Of a DNA stretch of 64,000 nucleotides, positions 27,993 through 40,507 are shown piece after piece. The notes beneath the pieces were generated by a model, which did no database searches, was not told the DNA's origin, and was given only the letters and a program-made list of their open reading frames with translations. A program made the translations under genes and the position numbers. How positions within the stretch are numbered: the first letter of the stretch is position 1; the number at the start of each line of letters is the position of its first letter. The DNA is from Auanema rhodensis (Eukaryota > Animalia > Nematoda), in assembly GCA_964057225.1 (NCBI GenBank), contig OZ059896.1, positions 13,702,001-13,766,000 of the forward strand, read 5' to 3'.

Positions 27993-29873
27993 GCAAATGA
28001 TTAAATTATGCATCGTTTATGTAAATTTAGATTTAAATTGAATGGATACTTTAAATTTAAAATTTAATTTTTATAATCAAAAGAAAAGATAAAATCCTTC
28101 TAACTCTTATGAATGAGCTTAATTTTTTTTTTTTTCGAAATTTTATTTTTTGATTTTAATATGTTATGGCAAAATATGTATAATGATCTACATATTAGTT
28201 AAACATTTGAATCGATTAATTAATTTTGAAGAAAAAAGAAAAGATTTTTCGATTCCATAGCTTTTGCAAATCATTCAATTTCATAATTGCCCTACATAAT
28301 TCGGAAGAAATTTTAGTATTTCTTCTTTCAATCTTCTTCGTCTTCAGTCTCTTTCTTCTACAACTACTACTACAATTACTGTATCGTTGTTGTCTTCTAT
28401 ACTATTCTTCCCTATTTTTATTCTTTTAATGTTTCCTATTATAGTTCAAAAATATTTTTTTCACAAAACATTGTCAATTCGATATTGACAGAAAGTTAAC
28501 GAAAGAAATATTGTTAGAAACCTAGTTAGTAGCGTAAGATGGAAAGAGTCTCTACATGTCCCCTATCCCCATCATAACCTTCAGAAATTTTTATAAAATT
28601 TCCAAGAAGATATTCATTATTCTTCAATTTTTCTTGTCAACTTGCCACTTTCATGTAAGCTTAGTTGTTTTTTTAATTATCTGCTGTTTTATTGCATATA
28701 TATAAAACATTTTAATAAATGTATCATGTAATTTTTAGTTAATATAAGTAAATATATATATATTATATATACTATGAAAAGGAACAAAAAAGGAATTTGA
28801 ACTATACGATTACATATGAATCCATATAACATTTTCTCCAAAAAATTGAAGCAAATGAAGCTTTTCATGAAGAGGTATCTATATTATAATTTATGATTAT
28901 ATTCAATCTAACAAAGAGTAACTTGCTAACATGCTTCATTGTAAAACGTCAAATCAAATGCACATTTTTTCAAAAAAAAAGTTATAATAAGAAAGAAAAG
29001 CGAAAATGATAAGAAATCTTCTTGCTCATGAGAATTTGTCATATTTTCTAAACAACGACTTATTTTGTTTTCTTTGTTTTCTTTATAATAACTAATTCTA
29101 ATCTAAATATGTAATTATTAATTCTTCAATTTGATACTATTATTCAAAACTAAGCAGACAAAGTTTTTTTTAGAAAAACAACAATTAGATAAGCTTCAAT
29201 GAATATAGTACTTTCCAGATGAAATGTGTTTTAGATCATTTTTGGTTAAATTATATATAAAACGACGGAAATGATATAGTATATCCTCATTTAGATTATT
29301 CCTTTTTCATTTAATTTCCTATATTCTCAATCTGTTTTCTGTCTCTTTCTCTCTCTCTCTAAATTGACACGCATATCACTATTGAGATAATAAGCTCAAA
29401 TTGGTCATTTATGTATCCACGTACAGAATATAAAAAACTATAAAAAATTCCAAAATTAGAAAAATATAAATGTTTTCCGGTGATCTTATCATATTATTAA
29501 ATTATGTCCGTTAAAATTACTTAAAAGCTATGTATACATATATAGCACATGTTCTCGCTATACTATCTATCAATCGAAAGACGTTATTGTACATTAGTCT
29601 TTCTACTTCTTATAATCGTATACAAAAGCTTTCTTATTGAAACTTATCCTTTTGATATTATCAGGTAAAAAATACGTTTTTCATTCAAATTTGTTTTCAT
29701 TAAATCCCCGTTTGTCTAACTTGACTCTTTCGCTCTATGGTCTATTGTTGGAAGAATAAAATCTTCTGCTCAAGCTTCAGCCCTCCTTTCTACTAATCCT
29801 TCTCAGTCCTCTCGCCCCTTCCTGTTCTTGCCACTTCTTTTATCTCAATGATTTTATTTATAATTAATCGACT

Positions 29874-29877
<4 letters not shown>

Positions 29878-29912
<35 letters not shown>
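29878..29912. repeat. (TA)n microsatellite
   Basis: Directly visible. Confidence 0.95.
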
Positions 29913-29913
<1 letters not shown>

Positions 29914-30290
29914 CACCTTTTCCCATTTCTTTTTTTTTTGAATATACATACATGTATATCTCTGATAATTGTAGACTTTCAAAAACGTATTTTGCTATTC
30001 TCCGATTCAAAATTCTATATTCTGGACTCAGTGATTCAAATTTTATTTTAAATACAATCCATTTAAGCTACAACTATTTTAATATATTATTGAAGCATAA
30101 TAAAATTTAATTTTTTAAACAAAAAATCATATAAAGTCTGTGTTTTCAACACTAAGCTCTGTTTCAGCCATTTATTCTCCCAGCTTTCCTTTTTCTCAGC
30201 TCTCATCTCAACTTCCTCACATTCTCAGTAGGATCAGCAAATCTTTTCTCGGCTTCTCTATCGTTCTTGTCATTCTTTCTTTGCGAGTTC

Positions 30291-30298
30291 TATATAAG
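30291..30298 (+). promoter_or_regulatory. Candidate TATA box
   Basis: TATATAAG about 55 nt upstream of the GPCR ATG at 30351. Confidence 0.4.
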
Positions 30299-30350
30299 TA
30301 TTCCACAGAGACACTGACAACCTGCTGTTCTTCTAATTTCTATATCAAAT

Positions 30351-31714
30351 ATGGAAGAAGAAACACATTTGATTCTTTGGCATGAACCACAGTATACATC
30401 TTCCGCAGCAATACTTCAACGTTTCGGAATCTTTTTCGTCTTCTCAACAGTTCTAACAGTTGGATTTGTACTAAATTTATTTGTAGCTTATCGTATGACG
30501 AAATTAGCTAAGCGTGATCGAAGTCAGGTAACTTATTTGAAATCGAAACCGATCTTCCTATTCATCCAAATATTTTCAGTTTTTCAATGGAACTGGAATA
30601 TTCTTACTTGTGATGTCTGTTAGTGATTTAACATCCTTAATCACAATTTACATTCAACTTATTTTAATATTCTTCAAATCCGATTTACCAGAAATTATCC
30701 AGAGTATTTTGTGTAAAGTATATTAGATGTTTATGTAAAAAATCTATTTTTATTTTTATTTTAGCTTACTGAATATATCAATCACATTGCTTTTACTCAA
30801 TCTATGTATTGCTGGTTATGTATGTCAGGATTACGGTATCTAGCGGCAATGCATCCATTACAATACTCAACAGTTTGGAGAAACCCATTAATTGCTATTA
30901 TAGCAACACTAATTATTGCTCTAGTTCTAAATCTTCAACTATTCACTACTATTGAAGCCACACCCAGTCGAGGATGTTCAGCAACCACTAATGTATGTTT
31001 CATCTTATAATCTGCCATTTACGCACATCTCACGCTATTGTTTAGATGACTTTTGTGATTTATGACTTGGTTGATGCTATCATCAGCTTTGCCATACCTT
31101 TTTGGCTCATTCTGTGGATGGATCTTCGAGTTTTGTGTGGATGTAATCGCAGAAAAACGTCTGATCCTTTACTTCAAGTTGTTTTTCACAAAGTCGATGA
31201 AGATACAGAAAAGGTTTCATTCATACAATTTTTGAACTGTTAACAGGCTTTACATATTTCAGTTACGAAAGAAGAATATGCGCCGTTTCATGATTGTTAC
31301 TTTGGTCAGCCTTGTTCTAGCTTTTCCTGAGATTTGTTTGAGCACGGCCCGTGTACTCCTAGGACCAAATTTGCAGGTTTCATCCTTACTATTCCATAGC
31401 GTCAAATTCCTCTTCTATGTTCGAGTAAGTTGAATACAATCAGATACCTCAGTTTGTATTGTTTGTTTCAGTTCTCCTTCAATGCATTCTATCTCACTGC
31501 ATACGTATTCGATCGAAATGTCTTATCCAAAACTTCGTCATCTCGACAACTCTCCTTATCGATCCGTCGCTTAGAAGAGAATCCATCAATTATTTTACGA
31601 GAACGTAGTAATACTGTATCATATAGAGCAACAACACCAATACCAGTCTTAACAAGAAATAGTTCTTGCATTATTCTGGATTCATTATCCGATACAAAAC
31701 GTGAATGGGTTTAG
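30351..31714 (+). CDS. Rhodopsin-class GPCR, AEX-2-related (6 exons)
   Basis: 7 hydrophobic segments. Motifs FNGTGIFLLVMSVSD, LCK, and TM3 end CWLCMSGLRYLAAMHPLQYSTVWRNP, which resembles nematode AEX-2/AEXR receptors. Ser-rich tail ending REWV*. Confidence 0.82.
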
Positions 31715-32096
31715 AAGAGCATTGCATTTTCTTCTCCTATTTCAATCACTCTCCATTTTTTTTCCCTGTAATTCTTTATTTGGAAAAAAAGAAAGAAGAG
31801 TGTTTTGTATATAGCAAAATGTCATATAAGACTACTCTGATTTAAGGAAATCAGATCAATTACGAGTATTAATGAATAAAGCTTAACGCTGAAATCTTTA
31901 TAGATAATAGATGTATATACAGATAACATTAAGAAAATACACGCATTCATGATAAAAAGCTTGTGGCAAGTAGAAAGTACATAAGACTAAGTCTATGGGA
32001 AATATTTCAAATTATACAATGATGTTATACAAATCAATGAAATCAAACTTAATCCTGTAAGAAATTAATTTTTTCTTCATCTCCGTATGGCAATGT

Positions 32097-35000
32097 TCAA
32101 AGTTCACCTTTACGTAGAGCTCGTCTTATAGCTCTGCGTTCCGACAAGAACATGGGATGACGTCGTACGAACTCAGCCATCTAAATCAAAGGCTTATCGT
32201 AATCTAGAAGTTCAGCTCATTTTAATTTTTTCTTTTTTGGGAAAAACAAGCTCAAAATGAACGTCAGCATGCTCCACATAATCCGGTAAGAATACATAGT
32301 TTTAAAAGTTTTTAAGTTTGTAATCACTTTAGAAAACAGAAAAATTGGAAAAAAAATCAAATTTGCATAAAATAAAAAATAAAAGGAAGTAATGTTTTAC
32401 TTTCTCTAAATTCTTCTGAAATTCTATCGGATCAAAACGATAATTGGCAAATTTCTTGTGTGGCTTGCCTAATGTCGGATGTATTTGAACTTTATCAGGT
32501 TCAATCAGATGTTCCTAAATAGTCAAATAGTTTTATTACTTCTTGAGGTAGGTCCTACCTTTCCTTTGGGCCATGTGAAGTACTTTACACCTCTTAATCG
32601 TGCCAAATCGTAATAACATGTTGGATCATCGCAATGATATCTGAAATGAAAAACTTGATCTCGAGAAAACTATAAGGCTTGACTGATTAATAGAATTGTC
32701 AACATCTATTATATACACCATTTGGCTTTTTTAACATTATAAAGATGAATATGCTTGATATTCTTCAAAATCTTAATTTTCATTTTATAATCTGTAAAAT
32801 ATGAGGAATTAATAAGCATTTTCATTCGGTTAAAATAATTTTGTTAGTTTAGTTATTAGTTTGGTTAATAGTTTCTCCTAATAGACAAGGTTTCTTCTAG
32901 ATGAAAAGATCTCGACAGGAGTCTAAATCTTTTCAAAGAGCGTATATCCTCTTCAAATCTATTATCAAAAAATATTAATAATAATTAAAGCTTCTAAATG
33001 AATAAAAAATAATAGATGTGCTATATATGTACTGAATCAAATCATTTTGATATTCATCAAATACAATGATGACGCAAATAGCCAATGTGAAATATGGCCT
33101 TTTAATCCTTTTTTTCATATCAGTTTGCTTGCAAAGACAGTTTTCCGTTTTCCTTCTAAGCCTGATATAGAGAATATAAATAAATATTTGTAATCATAAA
33201 GATTTTGAGAATATCTAAGCCCTTTTGCAGAATTAGGATTAAAACTAAAAAGATAAAGCAAGCGCATGTCACACAAAACTTACATCTCCATTACAGCAGC
33301 CCAATCAGGTAAAAAGAGAAGATGTGTTAATCCGCTACCATGCATACCGATGAAAATATCAGAGTTATAAGTAGTTTCTAATTGGAGTTTGAAAGGCATT
33401 TGTCTGAATTATATTAAAATAAAATTTAGTTTATTTCCCAAATAATATACTAACGGGTTGTAATCAACTACATTGACTTCAACATCAGGAACCTTTCTGG
33501 CTACCTCGACAATCTGAAAACAAAATTATTTATTATTATTATTATTTGAAATCGAAAAAAACTGAAAAAGATTTCAATAATAATAAATAATCACTTCACA
33601 TGTTTATCATATTTCAATCATTTTCACGTTTGACGTAGTAAAATTCTACTGTGTCACTTCGTCTAAATCATTTCAAAGCTTATTTTAAAAATTACTGGTG
33701 AGCTGTGCGGTTGCATTCATACTTCTGCAACATCATTTTTTTTCATTTCTAAACCATTATTATTTTTTTCTTCATCTGTATGATCTATGAGCAAGCTGTT
33801 GCTCGCATTTTCATTTTTTTTTGTTCTAAATTAACATTGAAGGTGTTAATAAATCTTACGAAAATAATCTAAAAAATCTGTGATATAACTAAGTCAAGAC
33901 AGCATTTCATTTCGAGAGAGGGAACAGTGAGTAGGCTTAAGTGTAATGGTGAGCATGCTGAACAGCCGAAGGGTCCTGAGTGACATTATAACATTTTCTT
34001 CCGGCCTATTGACTTGATTTTATTGATTCTATGAATATTTTGTCTAATATTTTTTATTTTGTTCCAGAAATTTAGTATTATGTATCAAATGGTCAGCTAA
34101 CTGATCGGTGAATAACCATTGGTATATCTTATAGCACTTCATAATCCGGTGTGAGTTATCAGAGAATAAGCCAACATCTACTATGGCTGGCCCAGTTCCA
34201 TATCGAACGCATGACAATAAGGTAAATGTTTGATTTTTCACCAAGATTCGATGAATCCATGGAAAAGTTTCAGTATGCTCCATCATTTCCTCCTGTTGTA
34301 TATTACCGTGATACTTATGGTTTTGATAAAGATAAACGAGATTCGACTACTGATGGTAGTGATAACGATAGTATAACGACAAAGAGCACAAGTTTGTCGG
34401 AAGTTTGATACAAATGATTCGAATGTGTTTCAGTTCGAACTACAATGAATAACATTCATCCAATGGGTATGTACGAAAGTACTGGTTCACGACGAACGAA
34501 CATGACCCAGTCATATCAGGTAACTAATCTCATAGAATCAAAGTTCTCAACATTGTCTTTGTAGGTTGAACAAGTCACAACTAATCGTATTTTAACCGCA
34601 AGTCCACGTACCCTATTAACTCTAGCTTTAGTAGCATTCGCCAGTGCAATTCAGCTCGTACGTCTTGGTTCATAATAGAGAAAAATCAACAAATTCTCCC
34701 ATTTCAGCTCATATTTGCAATAATTAGCATTTTTTATGATGGCTGTCCTTATTATATTGCTATAGTTCTTATTATTCTGCTACTATTTAATACATTGGTT
34801 ATATTAATATTTACAAAATGTCGTCCAACAAGGACATGGCTGGTATGTGGCTTTTCATTTTAAGCTTGTCCCTCCTTCCCTCCCTTTTTTCTCCCTTTTC
34901 TCTGTTGTTCTCTCTCTTAGGAAACCGTTTTTGCATAATTGAATAAGAAAAGCAAATATTATGAGAGTGGATGAGATGAAGTAATCAAATCGATCAGTAT

Positions 35001-37415
35001 CTCTTTTCTTCTCCAATTCGTTCAATCTCTATTACAAAGCTAGCTGCTCATATGTGTGCCTCAGATCTGCCAATTGATATGACAAGCCGTCCAGAAGGCC
35101 ATTAAATTTCAACCATTAGAACACATGTATCTATGTCTTGTAGACCAAAGCTGAATTAATGTGTTACAACTTTGGTTTGGAATGACGACATAGTATGAGA
35201 GAAATAAGAAAAAAAGAAAACATCAAGAGAGTACGATATTGAGAGAGTATGTAGAGAGAGATATCCTTCTTTTATCTTAGGTTAAGGGTTAGAAAAAAGC
35301 TTTTAAATAGTTTACGGTCAATAAATTGCATAACTGAAATTGAGAGAAAATCTTTAATTTCCCTTCTTTTCAGATCCTCAGCTGTATCTGTTCTTCACTA
35401 AGTTTTGTCCAGAGTGTTTCACTGTTTTTCTGGACAGCACATTTGATAAACAACGAAGATAAGTACATAGAGAATGTGGGGGCTCATGATCATCGAATCA
35501 TTACTTCTACACGAATAGCTATGTATTCTCTTCAAATGGTTTTCTCTCCAGTTCACGGTATATCCTACATTGTGTCAATTGCTTCAAAGCTACAATATTC
35601 AGCCATTGCATCCGCTGTTTCCGCATACATACTGTATAAACATTTGAGTTCCATGGACAGCGATAAAGTGACAAAGGCTTATTTCTTAACAGAACCGCCC
35701 TTGGGTCATCAGGCAAGATATCGAGAACCTATCGCTCCAACGCTTTTACATTGTTTTCAGAAAATTTTGGTTCCAATCGAGCTGCGTCAGGTAACATCTT
35801 CCAGTGACGATGACATAGATCAAGCATCCATCGGAGTTCAAACAAGTGGTACAACTAGAACCCATGTTTGAAGCATCAGATAACGAGTATAAGACGCTAT
35901 GTTTCTTGTTCAAGCGTGTACATTATAAAAAATATTTTCTCATCCTTTTAATATTTACCGAGCTTTCATAATAAAAGTTTGAAACTAACCTCGTCAATAT
36001 TTAAAATTTTCCGATACGTTGTACTTCTTTGAAGAATTGTAACTCGCAGTTTTTTCAAGTCTGGGCCCGTTTGTTTAACCTCAAGACGATGAAGTATGAA
36101 GGTAGCAAACGATTGAATAAAGCCTGAACCCGAGCAGCCATGCGTCTAAATAATGAATTTTCATTTGAACTTAAAGTTTATTTTCGGCTTTACCAGTGGC
36201 ATGTTATAGAATAAACCGAATCGTTGTCTAGCTAGAAGAGGAAGCATTACATCTTTGAAGCAGACACGCTTTCCTGCTAGAGAAATCAGTTCGGTAGGTT
36301 TGTTCTTGGAGAAGGCTTCCCATGTTGTTCCGAAAAACTTGTCAATGAAGCCTCCAGAAAACTAAATTTTCACGAAAAAAATTTTAAACTTTGAGATGAC
36401 TACTAACCGTGTCCCACCACACAATGTCTACATTTTGATGAAAAGATCCATTTATATGTAAAGATGCGTACAAATTAACGAAATCACAGAAATGGTGATA
36501 CATATTGATAGAAGCATCAAGTTTCATGAGAATCGTTGGTCGTTCAAAGATGATGTCACAGTTGGATTCTGAGGTTTCATACTCAGAATAGGATGCAAAA
36601 TATTCCAATTCATGGCCCCTAGAATAATTAATTTACAATAATACTAAACTATTGAAATTTGAAACCATGATTGTAGGTAACTTTTGGCTGTTAAATGGGC
36701 TTTTATAACTTCAGGATAGATTTTTTCACAGTTACCTCCAACTTCTCCCTCGTGAACTATGTCATTTCGATATCTTGAAAATAAAAATAGCATGTTTTTA
36801 ACTAAACATAGATAATTACCTAGTAGAATGAGTAGCATCAAATTTTCGGAAATCAAAAAAGATATTTTTCCCATAACAATATTGTAAGGAATCTGAACAT
36901 TTCAATGAGCTCTAAATACAAATTTCCAGAACAATTAAGGATCATTAGATAACTAACTCTTGTAATTTCTTTTGATTCACATATCGTATGTAAAATTTGA
37001 CGATTTTTCAAATATCCGAAGTCTCCCTGATCAAAGAAAACACGAGAAGCTTCAATGGATATAGGTCTAAAGCATATTTGTTTACATTTATGAATACGCC
37101 CAACCTATCCGTATGCAAATTACACTTAGCTATTCCAACTTGAGCTGTATAGCTCCTATTGAACGCACAGCCTATTTCATATCCCCAACAACGATCAGAA
37201 GACGCTATGTTTTTCTATAGAAATATTTATATAAAATCAATCAGATATTTTAGTTGAAACTATACCTCAATAGGACATGACACGTCCGATAAACATTTTT
37301 CTTTCAAACTCTTTGTTGAACGTATATGATATTCTAGCAGAATAGGCGGCAAGTTAAGCTCGTTCCATATTGAACAATGAACAAATGGAAGAAGAAATAA
37401 CAGCCGTAACCACAT
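32097..37415 (-). CDS. EOGT: EGF domain-specific O-GlcNAc transferase (GT61)
   Basis: Signal peptide [14 protein letters not shown]. Motifs [44 protein letters not shown] and [14 protein letters not shown]-terminal KDEL-like KGEL*. Large intron at 33514-35989. Confidence 0.95.
34183..35871 (+). CDS. Multi-pass (about 4 TM) membrane protein of unknown function, nested antisense in the EOGT intron
   Basis: ATG at 34183 ([13 protein letters not shown]). Spliced exons give a Ser/Thr-rich N-terminus, then hydrophobic segments [66 protein letters not shown] and [29 protein letters not shown] at 35869-35871, AATAAA at 35970. Confidence 0.8.
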
Positions 37416-37730
37416 AACTAAGAAATTCTTTGATATAAAACAATGAGGTTTTAAAAAATTTAATAATAAGTATAAGAACAAAACAAATGAAATATCAGTT
37501 AGTATTAATCATATGCGACAATTTATGATGATTTTATTCTCCAAATAAGAACACGTAAAAATGGCAATAATTCAAGTAATTACAGATTCAAAGTATGGGA
37601 TTTAGAGTTTCAAAATTAGAAATAGTTGTTCTCTATTTGACAGATAAACTAGCCGAACCTGAGCGTAAAATACAAGGCTGTCTGTTGGATTATCTAGTTT
37701 GGTAAAAGTATATATCTTTCGTAATCAGAT

Positions 37731-39113
37731 TTAACGAGGAGATTGAACTTTCAAGCCTGTTAGTATTCCTTCTAGTCTGTCAACCTTAACCATGAGATCT
37801 CGAACTATTTTATTGACACAATTAGCAAATCCTCTTCCTCCAGGGAGTGCAGGTTCTATCTGTTGCTGCAAAAAATGTTTGGTTTTTAGGCATGATGAGC
37901 TCACTCACTTGTTGTTTATTCTCTTCTTGTGGAATTACAAGCTTATTCACATATTCTGGCACTGGTGGTAGCTGTTCATCAACGATCATCTCGTTATCTT
38001 CTTCAGCTGTAATAGGCTTTTTTCCTTCTGGTGTTGGCTCTTCCGGTGTTTCTTCGCATTTTTCCATTCGTAGGGGTCCAACTACTAATCGAGGACGTTC
38101 TTTAAGTTCTTCTCTACAAATAGAGAAAGACATAGAATATTATAATAATAATTTGAAATATCACGTACCTCAGTCTATACATTTCTTCTGAAGTAGATTG
38201 CTTATCAGCTATTTCATTTTCTAATAACGTTGTACGTTCGATGGCTTCATTAAGCTGAGAAGTTGGAATAAAAGCTGCATATAAAAAAAACAAAAAAATT
38301 ACCTTATTTGCTAGATCCTGCATTACTTGCTGATTATTTCTATCTCCGCGTTCGAGATCATCATTTCTTTGTTCTAATTCACGAATTTTTACCCTGCTAA
38401 CGTTCCTTTCCTCTTCAACAGCTTTTAACTAAAATATTTGAGTTATTCATCAATTAAGAGTGATTTATCAAAGTTTTTCTTTAAATATATATATATAAAT
38501 AAATTGTAGGTCTAGATAATGAAAAATGAATAAAGAATAACAAAAAAAACCTGTTTACGAAGCGTTTCTTCTATTTTTAACAGCTCTGATTTTTCTGAAT
38601 CATACTTCTCCTGTAATTGTTCAACGTTTAAGAAAAAACATATAATTAAACTTACTTTGAGTCTATCCAAATCAGTTTGAACAGTATGAAGTTTCCTATC
38701 TTTTTCTTTAGTTTCCTTTTTAGCATCTTCTACTTCTTTTTCTAATAATTCTTCAACTTCTTTAGAGTTACATTTAAATTCATCATATTCTTCCTGAAAA
38801 TAAATAAAATATTAAACGTTTTGACAATTATTTCACATTTTTTAACATTTGAAAGTATAAAACCGTTATAATCAAACAACATGACAAAATAATAACGTAA
38901 CCCCGCGTGAAAATTTTCATCTTATACTTTTTAATGTAAACTGGTCGATTTTTTCTAATTTCGGAACTGAACATTATTAATTTTATAAATAATAATTTAA
39001 TGAAATTAAAGTCTTTAAATAAAAATAATAATTGAACGTACTTGAAGATTAATAAATTCCGCTAAAAGTTGTTCAAAAGGCAATTGTCGCAATTCTTCAA
39101 CGCCCAGCGCCAT
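37731..39113 (-). CDS. nud-2: NudE/NDEL1 dynein regulator
   Basis: EEYDEFKCNSKEVEELLEKE, IRELEQRNDDLER, LNEAIERTTLLENEI and C-terminal NKIVRDLMVKVDRLEGIL match the NudE coiled coil and C-terminal helix. Confidence 0.93.
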
Positions 39114-39407
39114 GATTAAAATATTACTAAATTTATTCAATAAATATATACATTAGATAAACAAAATATTAATTACGATAGTTATTCTAAGCATTGATGT
39201 AAAAATAAGTTGACAAAGCTAGAAAGGAGATGCTTCATGGAACACATAGTCGCATATATGTGGAATGGAGCGCGATTTTGGGTATCAAAGAAACATTAGG
39301 GTTTAATACTTGCAACATAATAGAAAAAATAAAAGCATGTTCCAATCAATAAATATGAAAGCCTGATATACGGTTCATACGCTTAAAAGCTCGAAAAGCT
39401 ACTGATC

Positions 39408-39530
39408 GATTGTGTGTGAGAGCAAACAATAGTGCATAGAACATACACTTATCCAGCCCAATTCCGCTGACTCACAGAACAAAGACTATACTCTTTTCCT
39501 TGATGTTATAAAATGTCAAAGACTACTGCA
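39408..39530 (-). ncRNA. Candidate structured small RNA, copy 1 of a local paralogous motif
   Basis: About 70 nt similar to 39998-40061. Hairpin AGTGTAT/ATGCACT with outer TGTGAG/CTCACA pairing, followed by ACA. Lies just downstream of a GTAAGT donor-like site at 39535. Confidence 0.35.
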
Positions 39531-39991
39531 CTTACATTATCATTGTTTATTAGATTGGGCAATCAGTTCACATTAAGAAGTCCAAGGAAAATTATTTGAA
39601 GTAATTAGTTAGTAGTCATCACTCTAACATTAATAAATTATGTCAATATCAGACAACAAAACAACAAAAATATTTTCTTCATTTATATTTGAATTGTTTA
39701 TCATTTTCAAAGTTTTATAGTATAGCTAACTTCATTTTGTTCTTCAAAGTGGAAGTTGGGCAGCAAAAAAGCAAATGCAATCGAAATAGCAAGCTAACAA
39801 AAGAATAATATTATATTATAATTTCACGTGACATAGGTGGTGAATATACGTAAACTGATTATTTCATAAATATGTTTAAACTTTATTGGCTGGAGGTTAT
39901 GCTTAAGATTAACTATAGAAAAAAGAAAGAAAAATATAAATGAAATTTATTTCTGTCAACGAAAATATAATTGATTAATGCTCGTCTAGAT

Positions 39992-40099
39992 TTATGTTAG
40001 AGCAAACAAAGGTGCTGGAATATACACTTCTGAAAGCCATAGTCATAGAACAAAGAGTATAATTCGCCGTCCGGTTTTTTTGCACGTTTGCTACCTCTA
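39992..40099 (-). ncRNA. Candidate structured small RNA, copy 2
   Basis: Hairpin CAGAAGTGT/GCACCTTTG with GGC/GCT, followed by ACA at 39997-39995. Lies just downstream of a GTGAGT donor-like site at 40104. Confidence 0.35.
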
Positions 40100-40507
40100 C
40101 TCACAACGTCCTATGTAAGTAAGAATGAACAATATTGGTGCAACAGCTAATAAAATTAAATTTAGTATTGTAAAGATTGAGTTTAGTTACTTTAATGTAA
40201 AATTAAATAATATCCATGTTACAATCACATCGTTCATGCATAAATGTTTGAGATCGAGTACATAGTACTTGTAAACAGCTTTCTTGAAAAGCTTACAAAT
40301 AGTAAGAGTAAAATAATGATAATACAATTGATATGAATTTATCTGGCAAAGTGAGCAAATTTGGTATATATGCTATGTCAGTACCCGACAAAAAATGACG
40401 TACAAATTATGTATAAAACAACAATAAATATCCGCAATTGTACAAGAATTAAGCTGAACGTTGACATGTAACCAAACAGAAGAAACACGTACGATGGAAG
40501 AATACAG

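Noticed and set aside
33523-33592. Inverted repeat beside the EOGT large-intron acceptor
   Set aside because: Mostly low-complexity (TTA)n/(TAA)n with a short GAAATC/GATTTC core, so it is likely incidental.
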